A stretch of 64,000 bases of DNA from a virus. The DNA is taken from IMG/VR virus record IMGVR_UViG_3300036832_000330, positions 1 through 64,000 of that record; one strand, 5' to 3'. Position 1 is the first letter of the stretch. The number at the start of each line of letters is the position of its first letter. Of this stretch, positions 16,242-24,042 are shown one piece after another. A model generated the notes under the pieces. It worked only from the letters and a program-made list of their open reading frames with translations. It was not told where the DNA came from and searched no databases. Both the position numbers and the translations under genes were made by a program.

Positions 16242-16690
16242 TAGCTCACCGTGAGGGGGGTGTCGGGGCCGATGAAGTAGCCCTGTGGGCCGAAGGAGAA
16301 GCGGTGTTCCTCCAGGCCGTAGTAGACGCGGTGGATGTCGGGGGAGTGGGCCAGGGACCGGCCCAGCCGCTGCGCGGTGTCCGCGAAGACGTACCTGACC
16401 GGCCAGTTATCCCGCTCGCTCCTGCGCGCCACGGCCCTGGCGAAGCGGGGGGCGCGGGCGGTGACGCAGATGTCGATGATGTAGTCGGTGCGGATCAGGA
16501 GGGACCACATCAGGCCCAGGGTCCGGTCCTGGATCTGCCATAGGTTCATGGCCTGGTCGAAGAGGCCCATGCGCCGCTTGAAGGACTCCAGGGTGTGTAC
16601 CACGGGGTAATCCGGGAGGGTGGCGATGGCACCCTCCCAGATGAAGATGACTCGTGGCCGGATGTCGGTACCTATCTCTCCCCGACGCAC
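16241..16690 (-). CDS. Hypothetical protein (HAD-like fold possible)
   Basis: 149-aa ORF inside the replication operon; MRRGEI..D..PRVIFIWEG. Confidence 0.7.
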   Translation of the reverse strand: MRRGEIGTDIRPRVIFIWEGAIATLPDYPVVHTLESFKRRMGLFDQAMNLWQIQDRTLGLMWSLLIRTDYIIDICVTARAPRFARAVARRSERDNWPVRYVFADTAQRLGRSLAHSPDIHRVYYGLEEHRFSFGPQGYFIGPDTPLTVS

Positions 16691-17283
16691 CGATAGTCCT
16701 CACCCTCCATCGCTACCAGGACCGTGCCCTCACGCAAGAAGCTGGACAGCCCTGGGGTGTACTGCTCATCCAGTTCTGGGAACGACAAGTTGGTGGTGAC
16801 GATGGTGACCATGTTGCGGTTATGGCGGTAGCGCAGCAAGTTGAACACCTGATGGTTCGACCAACCTGATCGTGACTCGGTCTCCCGCCCCAGATCGTCC
16901 AGGAGCAGGAACTGGGACTGCCTCTCGATGTACCGGAGCCGTTCGTCAAGTTTGTCCAGCTTGAAGGCCCGCTCTCCATCTTCGTCAGAGTTAAGGCGGG
17001 CGCTGAGACTGAACTTCTCCATATAGATGTCGATGTAGCTGCTGAGTTCGATGCACTCAATGCGGTAGCCGGCGTCGTTCGCGGCAGTTAGCACAGCACA
17101 GGCAAGGTGGGTCTTACCCACTCCATTCGGACCTGCGAAGGTGATGCCCTTGCCCTGATCCTTCATCACCTTCAGGACGGTGAGATAGTCCCTGGTGACC
17201 TCGACAGCCCTCTCTAGGTCGCCGTTGATGGTCTCAAAGTCATCGAGGCCCTTCTCCTGGTAGTACGGGAATACTTGTTTCAC
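16672..17283 (-). CDS. dnaC: DnaC/IstB-like AAA+ helicase loader
   Basis: GPNGVGKTHLA, LLLDDLGRE, TIVTTNL, GEDYR. Confidence 0.9.
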   Translation of the reverse strand: MKQVFPYYQEKGLDDFETINGDLERAVEVTRDYLTVLKVMKDQGKGITFAGPNGVGKTHLACAVLTAANDAGYRIECIELSSYIDIYMEKFSLSARLNSDEDGERAFKLDKLDERLRYIERQSQFLLLDDLGRETESRSGWSNHQVFNLLRYRHNRNMVTIVTTNLSFPELDEQYTPGLSSFLREGTVLVAMEGEDYRCVGER

Positions 17284-17810
17284 AGTTCCTCTCCTTGGAA
17301 GTTACGGTTGCAGTTACGGCAGTGGTAGCGTTGGCGATCCGGTTGCCCGCGGTGGGTCTGGCGTCCGTTGCGGGACACATAGTCCTGCTGGTCACAGAGG
17401 GGGCAGGGCGGCATGTCGGTTTTAGCCAGTGAGCGTTTGCGCTCGCCGGCCAGGTACCTCTCCCGGAGGGTCTTCGCGGCCAGGCGCGCCTTCCAGTGCC
17501 GGCGGTTCCACTCCTGCCGCCAGTCGTAGTAGGTCTCCTTGCCCTGATAGATCCGCCGCCGCACGTCCTGGGTCAGGCCGGCGAAGGTGCCGTACTCCAG
17601 GTTCTCGTAGTTCGCCAAGGCCCACCGGGTGCAGTCCCGGAACACCGGGCAGCGCACACAGATGGACTGGCACGTCGCCAGGGCCTCGATGCCCTCATCG
17701 AAGTAGACCTCGTTGACCCGGCCCGTGGCGGTCATACAGGCCCTCCGGGGGTCGGTGCTGAAGTCTGGGTCCAGGACGCCCCGGACCCAGAGAGGGGTAC
17801 GCCGGGTCAT
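17280..17810 (-). CDS. whiB: WhiB-like protein fused to an InsA-type Zn ribbon
   Basis: AC...YF...ICVRCPVFRDC..WAL...YGTFAGLT...RR; C-terminal CPLC...VSRNG...QRYHCRNCNRNF. Confidence 0.75.
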   Translation of the reverse strand: MTRRTPLWVRGVLDPDFSTDPRRACMTATGRVNEVYFDEGIEALATCQSICVRCPVFRDCTRWALANYENLEYGTFAGLTQDVRRRIYQGKETYYDWRQEWNRRHWKARLAAKTLRERYLAGERKRSLAKTDMPPCPLCDQQDYVSRNGRQTHRGQPDRQRYHCRNCNRNFQGEEL

Positions 17811-18577
17811 GTGGCGTAGTTAACACGGGGGGTGTGACGAGCAGTCTGGGCGAACCAATCCTTGCTCCGGGTGTTCTGCTTTGCTCGCTGGACAACCAGA
17901 CCGGAAAGATCCTCCCGCCGGCTCACGAAGACTCGCCAGGGGGGTCTGGTGGAATGCCGACACCATTCCGGGTGTCGAACAAACTCCTCCATCATCAGCT
18001 TCATGAAGGAGAGGTCGACGCCCTGGAGCTTCCACCGGTTCAGGTGATGGGCCAGGGCAGGACCGTTGGTCTGGAGAGGAACCATCTGGATCCCGGCTTC
18101 CCGCACTACACCGGGGAAAAAATACTTCGCCAGATAGGTCGTTGTTGCCACTGGTTTTTGGGCAGACTCCGACTTAACCCCGTTAAAGACACCAGAACCT
18201 CCAACACCCTCACCAACCGACAACGAGTGCTTAGAGCGGTCGCTCATCCCATCGCTTCGCGATAGAATAAGCTCCCACCGCGGGGCGGGGGACGAACTTT
18301 GGGGATTACCTCCCGACCCCTCGCACAGGCAGAAGATCAGCACGCGGTACCGGTAGCTCTCCCCGATGGTGACCCTCTCGACGTAGCCGGCGTCTTCCAG
18401 GTGGTCGAATGTCCCCATATCCGCACCGGGTACCGCTCGCTCCACCCGATACTCCAGCCTGTTCTCGCTGAGCAGGAGCAAGTCCTGCCGTCCAGTGTGT
18501 CTCCCGGCCCAGGTCAGGAGCCTATGCTCCGGGCTGCTACCCAGTTCTAGGCATGGTGGAACCACACCTCTGTCCAT
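17807..18577 (-). CDS. Putative replication initiator / hypothetical protein
   Basis: GGAGGAGG RBS; first gene of the leftward operon, upstream of the loader and helicase. Function is inferred from position. Confidence 0.55.
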   Translation of the reverse strand: MDRGVVPPCLELGSSPEHRLLTWAGRHTGRQDLLLLSENRLEYRVERAVPGADMGTFDHLEDAGYVERVTIGESYRYRVLIFCLCEGSGGNPQSSSPAPRWELILSRSDGMSDRSKHSLSVGEGVGGSGVFNGVKSESAQKPVATTTYLAKYFFPGVVREAGIQMVPLQTNGPALAHHLNRWKLQGVDLSFMKLMMEEFVRHPEWCRHSTRPPWRVFVSRREDLSGLVVQRAKQNTRSKDWFAQTARHTPRVNYAT

Positions 18578-18899
18578 GCTGCCTCCTCCCGGCGAAGCCC
18601 TGTGACCAGGGCTTTCCTATGTCCAGCCCGCCGGCTCTCTCGGAGTCGGACAGGTAACCGCATACATTGCCCCCGGCTGAGCCGGATGTCAAGTGCGAAT
18701 GAGGGAGGTCTTGATCAATGCGAATGATGTAAATCACCGCTTGCTGGGGCTTGCCTTCTACAGGCGTCTACAGCGCCGCCTACAGGCGCGTTAATCATTA
18801 GGTCAGTCCCACCCGCCGGGAAAAAACCTAGCCCTTTCTGCCCGCCCTCGCAAGGGCCGCTTTTTCCACAGGTTGTCCCCTTCCTAGGCTGGAGGGGGC
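18578..18899. promoter_or_regulatory. Divergent control region (possible origin / promoters)
   Basis: Largest gap, between the divergent arms. Contains CTACAG x3, an AT-rich patch, TTTTCCACA (DnaA-box consensus, 18862-18870) and TAGGCT just before the terminase ATG. Confidence 0.55.
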
Positions 18900-20546
18900 A
18901 TGACCTACGTAGACGATCCTAGCCTCGCTGACCAGGACGAAGATGACCGCGCCGACGACAGCGAGGGTCTCTCCGATGACCTGGAGCAATACGCCCCGCC
19001 GGTCTTAGACCCGGCCCAGCAGGGCTTTGTGGATCACCTTGTGGATAAGGTGTGGAGCTTTACGGTGATCTTCTCCGGGGTGGAGATGTTCCCCTACCAG
19101 GCAGCCCTGGGCCGGCGCATCATTGAGAGCGTCATCAGCGGAGATGGGGCCACCATCACGGGGGAACTCAGCCGTCAGAGCGGAAAGACAGAGGTGGTGG
19201 CGAACGTCGCCAGCAGTCTCATGATTCTGCTACCGCGGTTAGCGGAGATGTTCCCAGAGTTTGAGCCGTTGCAGAAGTTCCGCACGGGGTTGATGGTGGG
19301 ATGCTTCGCCCCGGTTGAGCAGCAGGTCGAGACCCTCTTCGGTCGGATCGTGGATCGCCTGACCTCTGAGCGTGCCCTGGAGATGCTGGAAGACCCGGAG
19401 ATCGATGATCAGGTCAAGCCTGGCTCTCGGAAGGTGCGCCTGAAAAAATGCCAGTCGTTTTGCGCCATGCAGACCGCCAACCCTCGCGCCAAGATCGAGT
19501 CCAAGTCTTACCATGTGATTTTTGTGGACGAGTCCCAGTCGGTGGACGAGTACGTTCTCAATAAGAGCATCACGCCTATGGGGGCATTTTACCTGGCGAC
19601 TATGGTCATGACCGGCACCCCAGACATCGTGAAGGGCGTGTTTTATAAGACAATCCAGCACAACCGTCGCCAGGAGCTACGCCGGGGCGGGAAGAAGAAC
19701 CACTTCCGCTTCGACTGGCACTACTGCGCCCGATTTAATAAAAACTATGCCGCCTACATCCGGGGCGAGGCCATGCGGATCGGGGAGGACAGCGATGAGT
19801 TCCGGCTCAACTACCGGCTGGAGTGGCTTCTGGAGCGGGGCATGCTCATCACTGAGACTCGTATGGACGAGCTTGGTGACCCCACCATGCCCATCGTCCA
19901 GGCGTACTGGAGATCGCCCCTGGTGGCGGGCATCGACTTCGCCAGACGCATGGACTCCACCGTGGTCACCATCGTCTGGGTGGACTGGGACCGTCCTGAT
20001 GAACTGGGCCTCTACGACCACCGGATCCTGAACTGGCTGGAGATGCACGGGGAGGAGTGGGAAGACCAGTACTTCAGGATCGTGGACTTCCTCTCCAACT
20101 ACTCGGTGGTGGCGTGCGGTGTCGACGCTCAAGGAGTTGGTGACGTAGCTGCTGACCGGCTGAAGCGACTGTTGCCGCGTATCCAGGTGGAACCACTGTC
20201 GTCACAGATCGCGGATCAGTCAGCCAGGTGGAAGCACCTTCAGCAGCTACTGCAACGAGGTTTGATGTCCTGGCCGGCGCATCCCAGGGCCAAGCGGACC
20301 AAGAACTGGCGGCGTTTTCGCCAGCAGATGGTGGATGTGGAGAAGAGCTACAAGGGTGCCCACCTCGTGGTGGCTGCGCCGAACGAGGCCGGCGTGCATG
20401 ACGACTACGTCGACTCACTGGCCTGCGCCACCATCATGTCCCAGGTGATGATGGTGCCTGAGGTTGAGATGCAGGCGACGCCCTGGGCGTCGTCGGTTCG
20501 GCGGTCGAGGGCTGCTCGTCCTCGCCAGCGGCGTCGGACAGCATAG
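18900..20546 (+). CDS. terL: Terminase large subunit
   Basis: FPYQ, SRQSGKTE (Walker A), VDESQ (Walker B), MTGTP, AGIDFAR..DSTV, HDDYVDSLA. Confidence 0.95.
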   Translation: MTYVDDPSLADQDEDDRADDSEGLSDDLEQYAPPVLDPAQQGFVDHLVDKVWSFTVIFSGVEMFPYQAALGRRIIESVISGDGATITGELSRQSGKTEVVANVASSLMILLPRLAEMFPEFEPLQKFRTGLMVGCFAPVEQQVETLFGRIVDRLTSERALEMLEDPEIDDQVKPGSRKVRLKKCQSFCAMQTANPRAKIESKSYHVIFVDESQSVDEYVLNKSITPMGAFYLATMVMTGTPDIVKGVFYKTIQHNRRQELRRGGKKNHFRFDWHYCARFNKNYAAYIRGEAMRIGEDSDEFRLNYRLEWLLERGMLITETRMDELGDPTMPIVQAYWRSPLVAGIDFARRMDSTVVTIVWVDWDRPDELGLYDHRILNWLEMHGEEWEDQYFRIVDFLSNYSVVACGVDAQGVGDVAADRLKRLLPRIQVEPLSSQIADQSARWKHLQQLLQRGLMSWPAHPRAKRTKNWRRFRQQMVDVEKSYKGAHLVVAAPNEAGVHDDYVDSLACATIMSQVMMVPEVEMQATPWASSVRRSRAARPRQRRRTA

Positions 20547-20627
20547 AGGCAGCGTTGCTGCCGGTGGCCCGCTGCATCGAGGTGCGGTGCGCCCACTGGT
20601 CTGAGATCGACACGTTCCTAGGGTACT

Positions 20628-20664
20628 GGGTGGTCAGGGGGCGCGCTGGCACCGGACCTAGCCT
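20628..20664 (+). promoter_or_regulatory. Putative late promoter
   Basis: GGGTGGTCAGGGG...CACCGGACCTAGCCT; near-identical copy at 36388-36424. Confidence 0.55.
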
Positions 20665-20696
20665 CATATACACAGCCCTCGACAGGAGGAGAAGAC

Positions 20697-21098
20697 ATGT
20701 CTCTTGGCCCTGTGCCGATGTTCCCGGAGCGGGGACGGTACCAGTACGACCAGACCGTGGCGAACAACGCGCCCGGTGGACGGGGACCGCTCCGCTTTGA
20801 AGAGGGCCTGGGCACCGACACCGACATCCCCAACGACTTCCAGCGGGGGATGATCGAGTTCATGGTGTCGGCTCCTGGCCGCATCAACCATGTCGACCCC
20901 AACGTCCAGTTCAAGATGCCTGAGGAGACCCTGGCTGAGCGGTCCCACGTCGGCTCTGCGGCCTGGATCGACGCTCCGACGATGCTCGGGGAGTTCGCTC
21001 GGGGAAGCTTCACGGATTCTGCGGAAGTGACCTACGAGGAGGTGCAACGCTCGGGCGGCATCCAGAAGCGGCGTGCCCCTGAGGTTGTCATCGACTGA
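20697..21098 (+). CDS. Conserved virion-region hypothetical protein
   Basis: AGGAGGA RBS; RGPLRFEEG.GTDTD.PNDF..G...ERSHVGSAAW. Confidence 0.8.
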   Translation: MSLGPVPMFPERGRYQYDQTVANNAPGGRGPLRFEEGLGTDTDIPNDFQRGMIEFMVSAPGRINHVDPNVQFKMPEETLAERSHVGSAAWIDAPTMLGEFARGSFTDSAEVTYEEVQRSGGIQKRRAPEVVID

Positions 21099-21099
21099 G

Positions 21100-21312
21100 A
21101 TGGCCTCGATAGGTGGTGGCCGGGAGTTAGACGAGCATCGGAAGGTCCGCATCCTCGCCATGGCGGTGCAGCACCACGGTGCTGATCCCTCGACGGTGAA
21201 GCAGATGCTGGACGATCCGAACTTTGGCATGGACCCCAGTGTCAGCGACAGGGTCCATGCCCATGCCATGGCGATGGCTGCGAACACCAGGGGCGGTCGA
21301 CATGAGCGGTGA
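21100..21312 (+). CDS. Hypothetical protein
   Basis: MASIGGGRELDEHRKV...; fits the gene packing. Confidence 0.55.
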   Translation: MASIGGGRELDEHRKVRILAMAVQHHGADPSTVKQMLDDPNFGMDPSVSDRVHAHAMAMAANTRGGRHER

Positions 21313-21502
21313 ACCTGGCAGCTTTCGCCACAGTCTCAAGTGGGGCCTTCTCGGACTTGTTGGGAGGGCAGGAAGACCTCCTGCTGAACCTGGCTTCCTC
21401 CATGACGTTGGTCAGGGCATCAATGCGCTTCGCCACCCTGAGTACTTCCATGACCGGCGGGAAGAGGGCCGGCGAGAGGGACCAGCGAATGCCGCGCCGT
21501 GA
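21302..21502 (+). CDS. Small protein with YFHDRREEGRR motif
   Basis: MSGEPGSFRH...; shared motif supports this frame. Confidence 0.6.
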   Translation: MSGEPGSFRHSLKWGLLGLVGRAGRPPAEPGFLHDVGQGINALRHPEYFHDRREEGRREGPANAAP

Positions 21503-22991
21503 CCCACCTCCACCGAAGGCCATCCCGGCAGCCACCCCGGAGATAGCGGAGCAGCAACAGCAAGGGCGCGCCGAATCCATCAAAGGCCCGCTGCGCTCCA
21601 ATAATCCCAGGGGTCGTAAGACCATCCGGGCCAGGTCTCAACACCCCACCCAGACCACGCCTCGCCCCCAGAGTGACTGGGAGAAGGAGCATTACGGGGG
21701 CGATCCCACCAGTGGCAGCGATCTGGAGCGGATGCGGGCCGGCGGTGGGCTGGCTACCGGTCGTCCCTCGCCCCGGATCCCCAAGCGCGTCAACGTGGCG
21801 AACGCGGTGCTGGTGGAGCGTGGTCTGGCTGACCCCGGTGACGTGGATCCGAACCAGGGCCGGCTGTTCGGTCACGCCGAGATGGGCAAGTTGACCAAGA
21901 CCGACAAGGAGATGGCTGAGCAGACCGGGGTGCCCTACCGTCGCCCCGCCGGCCAGGGCTGGATGACCGGGGTGGGCCGCACCAAGAGAGCGCCCTACGA
22001 CACCGCCGCGGAGGCACGGGCGGCTGGTGACACCAAGGCCGAAGCTGCTATCCATGCGCGCAAGGCTGAGGTAGGCCAGCAGGCCAAAGAGAAGGTGCGG
22101 GAGCCAGACACGGGGGAGCCGTCCCAGACCCCGGTTAGAACGGCCATGAGCAACCGTGCCCGGTACGAGTCTGATCGCCCCACTACTTGGTATGCCGGCG
22201 AGGCCACTCAGGCGGTCGAGCGGGAGGCCCTCAAGAGCGGCCTGGGTGGGCACCCCCAGGGGTTCAACATCATGCGGCGGGCCACGGCGCTACTCAGCCC
22301 CCAGAAGCCCTGGGACATGGGCCACCACCAGGACGACAACTACACCCAGCCGAACGTCGAGGTGGCTGGGCATCTGGTGCGGTTCCTCCGGGGTGAGCAG
22401 GCGCGACTGGGGGAGGAGTACGACCCGGACAAGGCAGCCAAAGAGTTCCGTATGCCAGGTGTGGGACACACAGAGGAGACCCCGAACTTGGTGCAGGGAC
22501 AGAGCTTGCCCATGAGGAAGGCGGTAGCTCGTCACCTGGACAAGCCCACCCACGAGGAGCCGAAGTTGGCGACTGAGGTGCAGAAGGTCCGTAACTTCGA
22601 CCCGGCCCTGGCGGCAGGGCATCGTGTTCGTTGGGCACGCCGTCAGGCGTTGCAGCGGTACACGTCGGACACCCATGACATCCGGGCTGCTGGCATCACC
22701 GGGCTGTACCAGAGCTTCGTCGGTTCTAACGCTCCTGGGGGCTACGAGTTCGCCGCCATGACCGGGCGACGTGGTGCCATGCGCCAGTCGGTACGGGCGC
22801 TCAAGGAGGGCCGTGATCCTCGCACCTCCTCCGAGTACCAGGAGAACGTCTGGGTGGGCAAGCGCGGCCCTAACCAGCCCAGGGTCCACAAGGGGCCGGG
22901 TGGCACAGGCCGACAGGTGCTGTTTGAGCAGAACAAGAAGACCGGCCAGGAGAAGCCGGCCCGGAGGGCATTACCGCCGAAGAAGAAGTGA
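21489..22991 (+). CDS. Large virion-region protein with a possible HhH/glycosylase-like domain
   Basis: Basic, disordered N-terminal half; C-terminal half WY...ALLSPQKPW...N...KVRNF...TSDTHD...YE...YQENVW, a pattern recalled from uncharacterised phage proteins. Confidence 0.6.
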   Translation: MPRRDPPPPKAIPAATPEIAEQQQQGRAESIKGPLRSNNPRGRKTIRARSQHPTQTTPRPQSDWEKEHYGGDPTSGSDLERMRAGGGLATGRPSPRIPKRVNVANAVLVERGLADPGDVDPNQGRLFGHAEMGKLTKTDKEMAEQTGVPYRRPAGQGWMTGVGRTKRAPYDTAAEARAAGDTKAEAAIHARKAEVGQQAKEKVREPDTGEPSQTPVRTAMSNRARYESDRPTTWYAGEATQAVEREALKSGLGGHPQGFNIMRRATALLSPQKPWDMGHHQDDNYTQPNVEVAGHLVRFLRGEQARLGEEYDPDKAAKEFRMPGVGHTEETPNLVQGQSLPMRKAVARHLDKPTHEEPKLATEVQKVRNFDPALAAGHRVRWARRQALQRYTSDTHDIRAAGITGLYQSFVGSNAPGGYEFAAMTGRRGAMRQSVRALKEGRDPRTSSEYQENVWVGKRGPNQPRVHKGPGGTGRQVLFEQNKKTGQEKPARRALPPKKK

Positions 22992-23095
22992 GGTGGAGCA
23001 AGCCATGCCGGCTCTAGACCGGAAGCTCAAGGCATCATGACCGACTCCACCGCCGCCAGTGTACAGGGTGAACACAAGCATGTGGGAGCGCGTTG

Positions 23096-23305
23096 ATGGC
23101 TGAGATAAGTCCTCTGAGAACCAAGGGTGTGCCAGTCGAGTACATGGATCTCAACACCCTGTGGAACGACCGGCGTGACCCCCACGCCAACCCCTTGTCG
23201 TCCTCGCCCCGGCGTGAGTCGGCTCGTCCTGGACCCAGTGCCCTGGGTGGCCTGGTACACCAGATCTACCGTGGGACACCCTCCCACACGGTGGGCGATG
23301 AGTGA
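23096..23305 (+). CDS. Small hypothetical protein (LWNDRR variant motif)
   Basis: MAEISPLRTK...MDLNTLWNDRRDP. Confidence 0.5.
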   Translation: MAEISPLRTKGVPVEYMDLNTLWNDRRDPHANPLSSSPRRESARPGPSALGGLVHQIYRGTPSHTVGDE

Positions 23306-23513
23306 CCTGCCCGTCCTCCTGGCGACAGCCCCGCCCGTCATCCTGTCTCAGTCGATCCTGAGCCAGCGGGTGAAGCCGCGCCATGCCGCCATCGCTGCCC
23401 AGTCCGAGACCAAGCAACTCCAGAAGCAGGCAGCGCGCCGGCAGCTACAGCAGGCAGAGCGCCGCCGGCTGCCCCTGACCCAGCAGGACTTCTATCAGAG
23501 GCTGGCCCGGTGA
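23298..23513 (+). CDS. Small hypothetical protein
   Basis: MSDLPVLLATAPP...; overlaps at both ends. Confidence 0.55.
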   Translation: MSDLPVLLATAPPVILSQSILSQRVKPRHAAIAAQSETKQLQKQAARRQLQQAERRRLPLTQQDFYQRLAR

Positions 23514-23800
23514 ATGGTAACGGCGACGGCGATGGCAACGGGCACGGCAACCCTCGTCCTGACCTCTTCCATGACCGACGTGGTGAGGGCAAGCGCACCG
23601 CTCCCTACGCCTTGACGCCTATGGCGAAGCCCTCTATTGCCAAGGTCGTATACGGCGGTGACATGGGCGTCTTCCACAAGACCATCTTGTCTGCGCCTGG
23701 TGGGCGTAAGAGTTATGAGTCCTTGTTCCCGAAGTTCAGCGCAAAGGAGCATGGCCCCGGTACTTCCTTCGGCACTCACGTCCCTATCAGGTACTCATGA
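23510..23800 (+). CDS. Small protein with DLFHDRRGEGKRTAP motif
   Basis: GTGA/ATGA coupling; motif shared with the next gene. Confidence 0.7.
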   Translation: MNGNGDGDGNGHGNPRPDLFHDRRGEGKRTAPYALTPMAKPSIAKVVYGGDMGVFHKTILSAPGGRKSYESLFPKFSAKEHGPGTSFGTHVPIRYS

Positions 23801-24042
23801 ACATCACCGGTGACGGTCTCTTCCATGACCGACGTGAAGAAGGACGCCGAACCGCGCCTTCGCACTTCTCCTACCCGCATGGAGGTGAGATGGGTGATCG
23901 TGAGGGGCAGATAGATCCATACCTCAGGAAGAACATCTACGCGCTCAAGGCGATGCCCCAACAGAGTGGATTGCCCAAGTTCAATCCTTCCGCTTCGCAG
24001 AAAGGAACGCCTCCTGAGGGTTACGCACCCTCGTACTCCTGA
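23797..24042 (+). CDS. Small protein with GLFHDRREEGRRTAP motif
   Basis: Translationally coupled to the portal gene (TGATG). Confidence 0.7.
   Translation: MNITGDGLFHDRREEGRRTAPSHFSYPHGGEMGDREGQIDPYLRKNIYALKAMPQQSGLPKFNPSASQKGTPPEGYAPSYS

Noticed and set aside
16672-17420. IS21 or IS1 element (IstB-like ATPase, InsA-like Zn ribbon)
   Set aside because: No transposase or terminal repeats; the context is a helicase-loader operon.
18537-18737. 66-aa ORF in the divergent gap
   Set aside because: No RBS, atypical composition, and it overlaps the strong RBS of the next gene.
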